A stretch of 64,000 nt of DNA, taken from the NCBI RefSeq assembly GCF_006345805.1, contig NC_042999.1, forward strand, positions 47,120,001-47,184,000, in the 5' to 3' direction. Numbering within the stretch: the first letter of the stretch is position 1; the number at the start of each line of letters is the position of its first letter. Of the stretch, positions 1 through 12,622 are shown piece by piece. Under the pieces are notes generated by a model. It was given only the letters and a program-made list of their open reading frames with translations, ran no database searches and was not told where the DNA came from. A program made the position numbers and the translations under genes. This DNA is from Octopus sinensis. Its lineage: Eukaryota.

Positions 1-1645
1 CGTATGGTATCCCAGCATAATCGTTAGACACTACCCACATGGGTGTCTATATATAAATGTGTGTATATATAAATGTATCTACATGTATGTATATATGCAT
101 ATATTGACAGACATATAGAAAGAAGAAGGAAATCCATAAATAGTTACACAAGTGTAGTACAGATATAATAGTTTTAATATTTTCCTCACTTTTACTAGAT
201 ATGTATCAGTTGATAACTCGCTACCGAGACTGCAACTTCTACAAAAACTATGGTAAACACAACAGACATACCTTCAACGCGGGGTTACGGACGTGCTAGA
301 TTTAGCAAACAAAACCCTATGAAATCGCTAAGGATTAGTATTTATTGATACTTAGAGCGAGAAAAAGACGGACTCTAACCTTTGGAACACATTTGATCTT
401 ATATCTCGGCAGGCAAATTTTGCTTGTCTACGAAGACACAGCAACGGAAGAAACAATAAACGAAAGACAATGAAGAAAATATAGCAGGAAATCTGAATGC
501 TCAAAATAGGGTAAACGGGAAGATATTAATTTACAATAATAACTAGATAGCAATGAATAGGTTATCTATTTACTCAAAACGTACTTTACTTTCTTTGCAA
601 TTGAACATCAATCTTATTTACGGTACTATATTCATATAAGTATGTTCGGAAAATTTCATACGTATCTACTGATAACATTCTCATTATAACAGATTTTATA
701 GTTTCCTTTTCCTTAAATCAAAAACTCATTTCTTTATTTATTGCTTGTTATGTAAGATTTCTTTTTTTTCTTTTTTGACGTGGATGTTTTCAAGAAAGGG
801 ATGGAAGGTCAAAATTGTATTATCTGCTTTCGGACGATTTATATTCACTAATATATTTGCCATACAGAATCACTTTTACATCCATAGGTATATTTTTGCA
901 CGTAAATGGTACCCATGTAACTCTATTGACATTCGTAAACTTCCAAACAGAAATGCAGTCAGAAGAAGACAGAAAATCGATTAATTTCGCCTTGGTTTTT
1001 TCTAAAGATAGTGTTTGCTGTAAAATGTACAGATGCGATAATCATTAGATCAAAGCAACGAAGCGATTATTGTCGACTAAATTTCTATACATATGTTAAT
1101 GATCTAATAATTCGAGAATCTTTTAACGCATGAATATTTGTAGACTATGGATATATGGAACACTACAGTGATATTTGTATAATTTACATTTGTTACACAA
1201 TACCACATATGTAATGCAAATTACGTATTTCATATATGTTTGAATATAGCTTTGCGCATGTATGTGCACATGTGTTCCTTTGCTTGTGTTTGGATCTCTG
1301 TGTGCTTGTGTGCATATATGCACATGTATTGCGTTATATTACATCATGGTGTACAAAAGACACTAAAATTATCTAGTTGTCAATCTTTTTACCCTGATGA
1401 AAGTTGGCTTCACGGTAATGCATCCATCTCAGGCTGCTTATCTTTGACATTTTGCTCACTCCATCAGCTAACGTTACAAGTATTACGTAATTCGTAATTC
1501 TCAAACCCAGAAACAGCTGTCGGACCTCATTTACCACGCCCTTTCCTCTTAGCTTTCTTTATTTTTGTACTCCGCGTAAATATATAAATACCTATAACAT
1601 TATACATGTGTGTTTTTTCAGTGAGAGTTGTCAGAGTTTGTTTCA

Positions 1646-1687
<42 letters not shown>

Positions 1688-2671
1688 CTTTAAATATTTA
1701 CTTGCACATATGCATACATGTATATTTTATATTTCAAGTTCAAACGTGTTTATTTGCAACACTATCTCTATATCAACTGGTCTGGATTCATATCAGAGCC
1801 GCTCTTTAACCCCTCGGACTTAGTCCACAATAAAGATCATGGAGTGTCAGTTCAACCCATTTGAGCATTACTACGTGTTTTATACATTGAGCATCCCTGG
1901 ATCTCACCTGCAAACATTATACATACATGCGTGTGTGCATATGTGCGAGCGTATGTGCATGTGTGTGTGTGAGTGTATGTCTGTATGTATATATGTGTGT
2001 ATGTATGCATATATCTATCTACCTGCACACACATTGACACACACTCACGCGCACACACATACACTCACAAGCGTAGTTGTACAGGAATGAATATAGACAG
2101 ACACTAATGTATAAAAGACTGGTGATGCTATTTAATCGATTCTCTTGCCTGTAAAATTTAATTGCGCCATTGCGTTGCAATAATTCCCCTTAAATGCTGT
2201 CTGATATTTTATGAGCACATACGCCCAAGAGATTAGAAATATTATAAATCCGCTAACAATAAAACAGGTCTTGTAATAGGCTATGGTCTCTTCATGTTTC
2301 ACACTCATAATCCTGAACCAACGACCCCATGCTTGTGCTGTCAGTAAAAATTAATTTAAAGAAATCCATCGATTCTATATTTTAGCTCATGATAAAAGAT
2401 TCCAGACGGACATTAGTTTCGTTGATAGAAAGAGGAAAAACACTAGAAAAAAACAAAAATAAATTGTCATAATGCTTGCAAGAAGCGATAATTTTGATAA
2501 TATCGATAAACAAAATTATGAGATTTTTTCAATATAGAACTCATGTACTTTTGGTAAACATTTGTTTAGGCTGGTGTGAATTTTATTACATACAAAATTT
2601 GGTGTATATTAGGTATTTATATTAATATATTTGTATTCAAGTAATAAATGACCAGTGTTCTCTTCTAACAG

Positions 2672-2844
2672 GTTGTTTTTCTTCGTTTCTCTGTATGATG
2701 ATGTTGTTTGTGTTATCCGTGTGTTTTGTTTCTTCAATATTTGCTCTACTATTTTTAAAAGCACGAAATTTTGCTGATGTTGAAAGTTTTGCTCCAACGG
2801 GTTTTCAGTTAACTACTGAAGCATATTCACATTCAACAAAATGA
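2672..2844 (+). CDS. Possible isolated terminal exon or small ORF with a hydrophobic segment (unverified)
   Basis: Pyrimidine-rich acceptor ttctcttctaacag at 2658-2671, then an open frame CFSSFLCMMMLFVLSVCFVSSIFALLFLKARNFADVESFAPTGFQLTTEAYSHSTK to TGA at 2842-2844. No family recognised; T-rich DNA gives such frames by chance. Confidence 0.2.
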
Positions 2845-3341
2845 GAAAATAATTGGAGTATGACAATCATTTCATTACAAATAACATTTGATTGACGCAA
2901 TGATAGAAAAAACATCCCAAGTAAAAGAAAGACAAATATGGTTAGAAAGGAAAGATTCAAATTCATGAGACTTGTTTGTCACGTGATTTTTTTCTAGTTT
3001 GATGACGAAAAAGAAGAAAATATATCTATTATATTGTACGTTTTATATCATGCTATCAAAACAGAAATTGCACACTCAAACAGTATTTTTTGCAGAATTG
3101 AAAAGTAATTTCAAAGTACATTATAAAAGAATTTGAACAGAAAAAACCGATTTCTATTATCGAACGTTCATTTCTCATGGGCGGGTTTCTTGAAAAAGAA
3201 TTTCCTTTTTATTTTCAATCATTATGTTCCTTTCCAGATTCTTGGGTCTTAAAAGCCAAACATAGCTTGTTAGTTTTATGTTTCGAATACTGAAATTATG
3301 TTCCTCCTCGCATGAAAAAGAATGACAACGACAGACAAGGG

Positions 3342-3383
<42 letters not shown>

Positions 3384-3545
3384 GACAGAGAGACAGAGAA
3401 AGAAAGAGGAAAACATGAAGAATGAAAGGCGGAGAGATAGAGGAGAGAGGTGTAGAGAGAGAAGAAGAGAAAGTGAAAGGATAGTATGACATATCCTTAG
3501 AGGCAAAGTTTCCAAATGTTAATAAAAGATTTGTATTTATATACT

Positions 3546-3614
<69 letters not shown>

Positions 3615-4090
3615 TTGAGTGCGTGTCTATATACACATAAATTATTTAAGCACATGCGCATCTGTATATATATATATATACATGCTTATTGGTGCATCTA
3701 GATACAAATAAACACTGACTCACACGAGGGCGCACGCGTTGGCACACACACACATACGCATACACACATATATAACTATGCAGCTATCAGTGTCTCACTC
3801 TCTGTGTTCGATTTTTATTATTTTATTTAACTGGACGATTTCACTACTGTTCTTCCTTGTAAACTGTGTGTGCTACTTTACATATACATAATAAGACACA
3901 TGCTTAAATAAACAGATCCTTGAAAGACCACGTATAAACTGTTAGGCATATATAAGGATATCTATATTTGGATATATGGATATCAATGCTTTGTCAAGTA
4001 AGATCTTGAGCACTAATTCTCAAAAGGAGAAAACGAATAAAGCGAATATATATATATATATATATATAATTCGTTTTATTCGCATATTCG

Positions 4091-4130
<40 letters not shown>

Positions 4131-4147
4131 GATGTATTTGTGTATAT

Positions 4148-4208
<61 letters not shown>

Positions 4209-5479
4209 GTTCACACAGACACACACACAGACACACAGGCACGAAACTGAGACATACGCCCATATAGAAGTACTTTTAAAATGCCTATTTATGTATTTAG
4301 ATAGAAAAGTGCGTCAATACAAATAAATACAAATATTTTCTGCGCTTCGTATTTCTCACATAAGAGCAGGTAACTTCAAATTTTATCCCAGAGGATTGTA
4401 TAACGTAATGTATTTATTTGGTGCTCGGAACATTTCATTGAAAATGTTTTATAAATTCCATCGGTGACTATACTAAATACTACAGAAATCAACAAGTGAG
4501 ATCAGAAACGAAGAAAAGTAATGGAATATTAAGTTGGCAAAAATTATTTTATACATTTACGTAATTCTATATACCATTGTGACAGAAAGGAAGGCTCTTT
4601 CATGCAAATTTCTTCAGGGAAAAGTATTTTAAATTGCTTAGAAAGCAATTCAACACACATGTTTCAACTCCGTAAATAAGAACTAGTGTGTTTAATAGCC
4701 CGCTTTGCAACCACTGCGCTCTTGAAGAGCTTATGAGTGAATTTGATCTGCGAAAACTGTGGACTCCTTGCATAGAAACACACCTGTACAGATACATATA
4801 TAAACATGTACATGCAGGAACAATGGCAGCAACGAATAAAGTAATGTAATAAGAAAAATATCAACACAATAAACTTTCTACAAAGTCATAGCCTCCAAAA
4901 ACCTGGTCCACCGGAACGTAGCATATGAGTATAACCAAACATACTAGAAATTAATCGGGTAAAGTATTGTGACTCGTAGAAAGAATCAATTGATTTATGT
5001 TTCGACATAAATATCTGGAATGTTGAACTCTAGTCCAAGTTTATGTTAGCTTTAATTAATCTATCGGAATAGAATTATTTATAAAACAATTATGTGATGA
5101 GGTGTTTCTTTTTTCATTATATTACAAGCATTGCCATGAAATATAGCTTGTAAATGATTCTGAAAAAATTCAATAAATATGGAATATGTGAAAAAACATA
5201 TTCCATATTTTATGTTCATGAGTCCCAGATTTCTTTATATTTCAATTCCTTGGAGAAAACAATATTTGTAATAAAAAATATTATAGACTAACGATGAAAT
5301 GCTAAATGAATGCAATTTACCCGCGGAAACCTTTCGTTAAGAATTCCACAAATGTAATTAAATAAATGAATGAAACTTGTTAGATTGTAATAAATTATCA
5401 CTATCAACAATAATGATAATTATTTCAAACTTTGGCACAAGGCTAAAAGTAATAATAATAATGTCAATAATAATAGTAG

Positions 5480-5651
5480 TTTCCAATTTTGGCACAAGGC
5501 CAGCAAGTTCGGGGAAGGTGTAAATATATTCCATCGACACCAAATGGTACTCATTTTACTGATCACGAAATGATGAAAAGCAAAATCAGCGTCGGCGGAA
5601 TTTGAACTGAGAATGTAAAGGCGGCCGAAATGCTGTCAAGTATTTTGCTCG
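5480..5651 (-). mobile_element. tRNA-derived SINE family A, variant with ggccttgtgccaaa tail, degenerate
   Basis: Contains ggcggaatttgaact (reverse B-box region) and tttggcacaaggccagc, shared with copies at about 17250-17445, 58200-58350 and 61652-61860. Confidence 0.7.
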
Positions 5652-5854
5652 AAGAGAAATATGAAAAATAAAATGCTGAATAGTTAAGAAGACATGGTAA
5701 AACATCTTTTTAAGTGGCTAGCTTCGAGAGTTGCATTGCCACGCCTTCGGTACGATGTGTTTATTTATTTTGGTACTTTTGACTTTAAGAGTCCCTTCTA
5801 GCGTGTGGCATTTATGTATAATAATGCTCTCTATATAATATAATATAATAGAAT

Positions 5855-6010
5855 ATATATACGACGGAGTTCTTTCAGTTTCCGTGTACGAAATCCACTC
5901 ACAAGGCTTTGGTCGACCCGAAGTTATAGCAGAAGACATCTGCCCAAAGTGTCACACAGTGGGAGTAAACCGGAAACCATGTGGTTGAGAAGCAAGCTTT
6001 TTATCACACA
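5855..6010 (-). mobile_element. SINE family B (CORE-like), 5' half
   Basis: ctttcagtttccg..aaatccactcacaaggctttggtcg..gaagacatctgcccaaagtgtcac..ccatgtggtt, matching the other family B copies. Confidence 0.8.
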
Positions 6011-6457
6011 AGAGAGAAAGAGAGTGGGTGTAAGAGAGAGGGAAGTGGTCGAGCGAGATTGATGTGCTCGCGTTAACGGGTATTCAATGTACAAAGACAA
6101 TGTTCTTGCATAGCAGAATGTAATTTAGACAAACAGCAAGACTTTTAACCGTCACCGATGTGTGCGATGGACGATATTCGGCAAACGTATACAAATGCGT
6201 TAATCTGTATGTTTAGAAGAGTTTATTTCGGTCTGATTGTTTTCTTACGTACTTCAGACAACCTTATAGAACGTTATAGCAAATATCTTTTCACAAAAAC
6301 TTCACTAAGAGAAAATACAGTTGGCAAATGTTTGTTGCTAAATCAATTAATTAAAGATTGATGCCCTGTTTAACTTGTTACCTTAATTGCTTCTATTAAC
6401 TGTTTTAAAAGGCTATGTTACACGTCCGAGATTCAACTATATTTATAAATACGTCGC

Positions 6458-6790
6458 TGTGTGGGGAAAAATATTGCTTCCCGAGCACATGGTATTTGGT
6501 TGAGTCCCACTGCGGAGCACCTTGGGCGACGATTTGTTACACTGAAACTAAGAGTGGCCCCTTGTATCCACACACACGCACACACACAACACACACACAC
6601 ACTCACACACACGCGCGCTAACATTTATCTGTAGATATTTATAGTGTGTTTCTATATGTCAATCTTTGTCCCTACCATCGTTTGACAACCGATGTTGTTT
6701 TGTTTACGTCCCCGTAGTTTTCCAGTTCGATAAAAGAGTCCGCTAGAATAATTACCAGAATTTAAAAAAAAAACCTTCAAGTCGACGACT
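6458..6790 (+). mobile_element. SINE family B, degenerate
   Basis: gtcccactgcggagcaccttgggc head/core, internal (CA)n, tttgacaaccgatg..tttacgtccccgta second half. Confidence 0.7.
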
Positions 6791-7496
6791 CATAGTAGCA
6801 ATCCAATCAGTGAAACAAATAAAATATTAAAAGGAAAAATTGCCACGTTTGAAGAGGTGGGTCGCAAAACAATTTCCTAGAATATTTATCGTTGAACCCG
6901 TATGGGGACGATATCTGGGTACGTCAATGCAGCAAATACTAAATTATATTCTGCCATTCCGTGCGTCTCTTATTGAGCGCAATAATGAAAACTGCGGTCA
7001 TATTTCGTTATTATTTGATCATGTCAGCAAATCATAGACAATCCAAACTTCATTCGTTGAAGAATTTCTTGCAACGAAGATACTTTTCATTAGAGAATAA
7101 TTCATAAGCTGGGAAATGTTTCCAAATTGCATTGAATAGCTTAGCCAAAGGTGCTTTCGGTAGGAGACATATTCATATAAGTATAATCAAAAATGAATCG
7201 CATAATGAAGTAAGTCTCCTTCTAGGCTCTAGTGTCATGGTGTCTACATGTTCAATGTTTAGGTTTAAAAGTAGATCGTCCCGTAAATTGGACAGCAACC
7301 AGTGTTAACCCTAGGTGTCGATAGTACTCTTTCTCAGCTGAGTATACAAGAGAAATGTACTATTTTGTATCTTCGTAATAAATGTAATGCTCAGACCGAC
7401 CCGAAGATCGAATACACGAACTGACGTTTGTGAGCCAAACACAGCCAGAACTCGCTACGTGCTCCGATTAAATGAATTTATAGCCTTAGTGTTTAC

Positions 7497-7618
7497 TCTT
7501 TTACTCTTTTACTTGTTTCAGTCATTTTACTGCGGTCACGCTGGAGCACCGCCTTTAGTTGAGCAAATCGACCCCAGGACTTATTCTTTGTAAGCCAAGT
7601 ACTTATTCTATCTGTCTA
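7497..7618 (-). mobile_element. SINE family B, 3' fragment abutting the SINE A array
   Basis: cttttacttgtttcagtcatt..ctgcggtcacgctggagcaccgcc..ttattctttgtaagcc, as in the copies at 50585 and 56375. Confidence 0.8.
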
Positions 7619-7624
7619 AAGGAC

Positions 7625-8428
7625 AGACGAAGTACCGTTAAGAAACGGTAGCCCGGCGCGCTACCGTTTCTTATTTCTTTATTGCCCACAAGGGGCTACA
7701 CACAGAGGGGACAGACAAACGGATTAAGTTGATTATATCGACCACAGTGTGTAACTGGTACTTATTTTATCGAATCCCGAAAGGATGAAAGCAAAGTCGA
7801 CCTGGGCGGAATTTGATCTCAGAACTTAATGGCAGACGAAATACCTATTTCTTTACTACACACAAGGGGCTAAACACAGAGAAGACAAACAAGGACAGAC
7901 AAACGGATTAAGTCGATTACATCGACCCCAGTGCGAAACTGGTACTTAATTTATCGACCCCGAAAGGATGAAAGGCAAAGTTGACCTCGGCGGAATTTGA
8001 ACTCAGAACGTACCGTTAAGAATTTCGCTCGGCTCGCTACCGTTTCTTATTTCTTTATTGCCCTCAAGGGGCTACACACAGAGAGGACAAACAAGGACAG
8101 ATAAACGGATTAAGTGGATTATATCGATCCCCAGTGCGTAACCGGTACTTATTTTATCGACTCCCGAAAGGATGAAAGGCAAAGTCGACCTGGGCGGAAT
8201 TTGAACTCAGAACGTAACGGCAGACGAAATACCTATTTCTTTACTACCCACAGAGAAGGACAGACAAACGTATTAAGTCGATTACATCGGCCCCAGTGCG
8301 AAACTGGTACTTAATTTATCGACCCCGAAAGAATGAAAGGCAAAGTCGACCTCGGCGGAATTTGAACTCAGAACGTACCGTTAAGTATTTCGCCCTGCGC
8401 GCTAACGTTTCTGCCAGCTCGCCGCCTT
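7625..8428 (-). mobile_element. Tandem array of four SINE family A units arranged as a repeated dimer
   Basis: Four units carrying gtcgacct(g/c)ggcggaatttga..tcagaac; tRNA-like head ggcggcgagctggcagaaacgttagc at about 8428 on the minus strand. Confidence 0.9.
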
Positions 8429-9031
8429 AAAATATAAGCCTCCAAGGCGAGGAATCTTTTAGAAAAAATGTTAGCATTAATAGATATTTTTTTCACGAGT
8501 CGCACGGGAGACTTTCAAAATACTCTGAACGCCTCAAAAGCATAGGAAATCATGCAAGGTATTGAAATTTTTTTTCAGTTAAACGTAATCTCCAAAATTC
8601 TAAAAGCTATACGGATTAACGAATATTTCACTAAAGGCAGACAATAAGTCTAACACATCTGAGCAGTTGTCACCGTAGCTAGCAAGCTTGCATTCATTCC
8701 GCACAGAAGTGTAACCTTCATTTGCCTATGTTTGATTGATTGGTTAGGACTTGTCGTCTTTGCCTCTTATGAGAATAAATTTCATTAAAGCTAAAGCGTT
8801 ACTCGTTACTCTTATTGCATTTCGTTAAAGACTGTAGCTCAACACATCATATAGTTGGTTCTCTGTAAATATGTATTTCCCTCGAGGGGTCTACTTGGGA
8901 AATGTTTCAATATTCATACACAACCCTAGATATACATACAATACATATGAATGTATATATATGTGTGTGTGTATTTTATGTATGTATATATATCCATATC
9001 TATCTATCTATCTCTCTGTCAATATATATCC

Positions 9032-9084
<53 letters not shown>

Positions 9085-9176
9085 TAAGGAAAAATTTTTT
9101 TAAAAATGCAGAATGCTCAAATAAAAGAAAATTTTAATAAAATGAGAAAATGATAAAATATAAATATATATATATT

Positions 9177-9217
9177 TATTCAACCGGTTTTCGTCATTGT
9201 ATGACTTGTCAAGAATA
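9177..9217 (-). ncRNA. Hammerhead-like ribozyme motif, U3-A8 variant (Penelope left arm)
   Basis: Minus strand TATTC-TTGACAA-GTCA tacaa TGAC-GAAAA-CCGG-TT-GAATA: stem I TATTC/GAATA, stem II GTCA/TGAC, palindromic ACCGGT stem III, one extra A in the GAAA segment. Confidence 0.6.
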
Positions 9218-9849
9218 TTTATGTTTTAAGAAGTTATTTTAAAAATTAGAAAGGGGAAAAAAAGAAAATTGCATTGTTTTTTGTAAAAGAATAATGATAA
9301 AAATGTACAAAAATTAAAAAATAAGTTCTCCGATACATTGTGAGTTCGTTGTGTATCTTGAGTTTTATGGTTGTTTACCAAAAAATTACCTTGAGGTGTT
9401 AAGATCCAAAGGGATTAAGAGCATGTGATGTGTTGTGTTGTTAAATTCAGCATGTTGCAGGACAGGAAGTAGTAGTAATTGTGGTCCTGGTTCTTCAGTT
9501 CCTTGTTGTGGGTAAGGGGAGACAACTCTTTTGAGTTCTTCAATAAAACCCAAATTATAAAACTATCATTTTAGCTTCATTTGCATTATCTTTTTTATAT
9601 AATTGCTTGTTAACTTAACTTTCAGATTTTAACACTTTATTTATATTATTTTCTAATAATATAAATCTGCATAGACAATTGCATTTCAAATTGTCATATC
9701 ATTTATAATAAAAATGATAGTAATAACAACAATAGTAAAAATGATATTTTTAAAGAATATAAGTTTTAGCTTGAAGTGATGAATGCATGGTATCTTTATA
9801 TATTGTGTTAGTCCATCCATGAAGAGTGAGATAGAGAAAGGAAGTTTGA

Positions 9850-12100
9850 TCAACGAGGAGTTTGCATATTAAGTTGTGTTTGGAATTTTTCAATAAAGAG
9901 ATTCTCCTTGTTAATTCTCTCCTGTGTGGTGATCCCGTCTTTACATTGGTAGAAGGGGAATATATAGAATTTGGGGCTTAAGTCTTTAGCACATGAGTCT
10001 AAGTGGTCACTCAGTGGAATTTGTCGGTATTCCGGGAGATTTATTTGTTCTTTATGCACCGTTACTCGTTTACGTAACGGGAGACTCGTTTGTCCAACAT
10101 AATTATGTTGGCAACCAGCGCATGTGAGAACGTAGATAAGGTTCTCGGAGGAACAGAAGTTAGTCTTGATTTTAAACTTCGTACCTTGTTTGAAGGTAAA
10201 TTCAGAGCCTTCAAGTAGAAAGGGGCAGGTACCACAGTTTGAGCGTGCACATTTTTTTACTGTTGGGGGTGGATGTGGTGTGTGAAGTTTGGCATTTGTC
10301 AAGAGTTTTTTTAAAGATTTGTGTTGCCTTTTGCATTTGAGGATTTTGTGTGTATTTATAATGTTTTCATTTTTGGGTCTGTTGACAGTAGACTGAGGTT
10401 TGTATGATTGTGGTGTATGCTTCGATATTTTTGGGGTTGTGGGTGGAAATGTATGGAAGTATTTTTGAGTTGTTGTGTGTTGTTAGGTTGGGTGGTTTTC
10501 AGTGTAGTGTTGTCTAGTTCTTTGGCGCGTTTTATTCCATACTCTATAAGGGTGGAGGGATATTGACGTTGTAATAGTGTTTTTTTGAGGTCTTGAAGGC
10601 GTATTTCTCGTGTTTTTGGATCCGAGACCATGGTGCATACCCTTTTAGCTAAATTGAAAGGGATATTTGTCTTGGTGTGTTTTGGGTGGCATGAACTAAA
10701 GAGGAGGTATTGTTATGAGTCTGTAGGTTTGTGGTAGATGTCTGTTATGATTTGGTTCTTAGGTGTTTTTATAATTAGGAGATCAAGGAATGGGAGATGA
10801 TGTTTGCTTAATTCCATAGTGAATTGGATGTTGGTATGTATGTTGTTTAGTATGGTTTTGAATTCCAGGAGTTTTTCATAAGGTTCTTTCCATATGATGA
10901 AACAATCATCTAAATACCTTTTCCAGTTTTCCATTAGGTAGGTGTGGAAAACATGTCCAAATTTCTGGCTTGATATTTCATAGAGTGACAGTTCGAAGTA
11001 ACCCATTATGAGGTTCGCAAGGACTGGTGCAGCCTTGGTACCCATCGCAATGCCACATTTTTGACGGTAGTGTGTGTCGTCGAAGAGAAAAAAAATTGTT
11101 TGTCAGAATGAACTTAAGAGATTCTGTAATAAAAGACTTGTTAATGCGGTCAGGGAATGTCTCTGGGTGTTTTTCTAGCCAGACGTCAATTGCCTCTATA
11201 CCATACTCGTGTGGAATGTTGGTGTAGAGGTTGATGACATCAAAGGATACCAGGAGTGCCTCCTCGTTAACTGTTTTCCGGAGGTGTTTGAGCATGTCCA
11301 GATCATCCCTAATGAAACTTTTGATGTGGGTAAGGAAAGGTTTCAAAAGGATGTCTAGGAAGTTACTCAGGCGGTGTGTTTCACAGGAGGTACCAGCCAC
11401 GATGGGCCTTAGTTTTAGGTCCTCCGGTGCTTTGATGTTGATGTGGATGTCAGTGGAGAGTTTGCAGGCTTCGGTGATGTATTTGTTTTTATGGATTTTA
11501 GGAAGGCCATAAAAAAGGCTGGGCTTGCATTTGAAAATGGTGATATAATCCCTTTCTTTTTCTGTGAGTCCCTGACCGTGTTGGCGTATGAGTGTGGTGA
11601 GGTTTCTGATTGTTTTTTGCTGTTTGTAGTTGTTAATAACCTCATAGAAAATGTTATTGTTAAGCATGGAGAACACTAGGTGTTTATAAATTCCGTGTCC
11701 ATAAGGACCACAGCACTCCTTTGTCCGCTTCTTTGATGGTGAGGTTTTTATCCAGTTGTATGTCACGTAGGTTTTCCCATTCTTCCTTACTGAAATTGGA
11801 TTTTACCTTGGTTTTGCTTGGGGTAAAGGGGAGACTCTGGATGTGTTTACAGAAAACGTCCAGTGTTTTATTTCTCCCTTTTGGTGGTAGGAAGTTGCTT
11901 TTATTTCTGATCAATGAATCGTCCCCATTGTTGATATCTGTCAAAGCTTCTGTTAGGCGAAGTTTTCTGCAGAATTCAGAAACGTCATCCTTGACCTCCG
12001 GGGGGTTGGGTGTTCTTGGGGTGGGTGTGAATTTCAAACCTCTTGCTAGGATGTTGATTTGGGTTGGTGTCAGTGTTTTGCTGGAGAGGTTTATAATTTT
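9850..12100 (-). pseudogene. Penelope-type RT/GIY-YIG polyprotein, disrupted
   Basis: Frame changes near 11705, 11680, 11090, 10470, 10400 and 10355, several in homopolymers, and an in-frame TAA at 10713-10715 within TDS*QYLLFSSCHP. Confidence 0.9.
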
Positions 12101-12622
12101 TGTTTTCTTATTTTGGGTCTGTGTTAGCGGTGGTGTTTGTATTTTTCCTCTCTGTCTAAAAAATGGTTGTTGAGGTAAGGGGTGTATTCTTTGTTAAAGT
12201 TCTGGTTGTATGTGTAGGAGTGTTTTTGGGTGGGGAGGTTGGAGGGGGTAGGTAGTTGTCGTATTTGTGTTGGTATGGGATGCGATGGTGTAAGGATTTG
12301 TGAGAAATGCGATGGGTTTGTGGGTGTGTGACTGGTAGATTGTATGGGGAATGTAGGGGGGTATGTAGTTGTGGTGATTGGGTTCGTGTGGGATGTGAGG
12401 GTTTCGAGATCTGTAGGAGATGTGGTAGGAATGTGGTTGTTGGATGGGTGGACTATAGGGGGTTCGTTGGATGGGTCTTATATGTATCGGTGTGGGTAGG
12501 ATGCCTTGTTTGTTATTAGTGTGAGGGAGGGGAGCCTTGAGGGGGGGATAATTTCTAGTGTATGGGAGGTTCTTGAAGGTTCTACTCGGTGGGGGAGGGG
12601 TGTTAGAGTGATTGGAAAAAAC

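Larger units (their letters stand above)
9080..12622 (-). mobile_element. Penelope-like retroelement body (5'-truncated, frameshifted): Pro/His/Thr-rich N-terminus, RT, thumb, GIY-YIG endonuclease, about 770-bp 3' UTR
   Basis: Motifs IKEADKG, LRPIVAG, LVSFDVINLYTNIP, GIAMGTKAAP, WKRYLDDCFIIW, YHKPTDS, CARSNCGTC, NLIYVLTCAGCQHNYVGQT..RKRVTVH across ORFs 12037-11684, 11766-10978, 11045-10713, 10631-10356 and 10302-9850. Confidence 0.95.

Noticed and set aside
1390-1420. CTGATGA followed by a small hairpin AAG-ttgg-CTT
   Set aside because: No GAAA or stem III/I follows; likely a chance match
7625-8428. Regularly spaced repeats resembling a CRISPR array
   Set aside because: Units are about 190-200-bp SINE monomers with no unique spacers; eukaryotic context and no cas genes
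11027-12519. Plus-strand ORFs of 66-150 aa overlapping the Penelope element
   Set aside because: Antisense shadows of the A/C-rich retroelement coding strand
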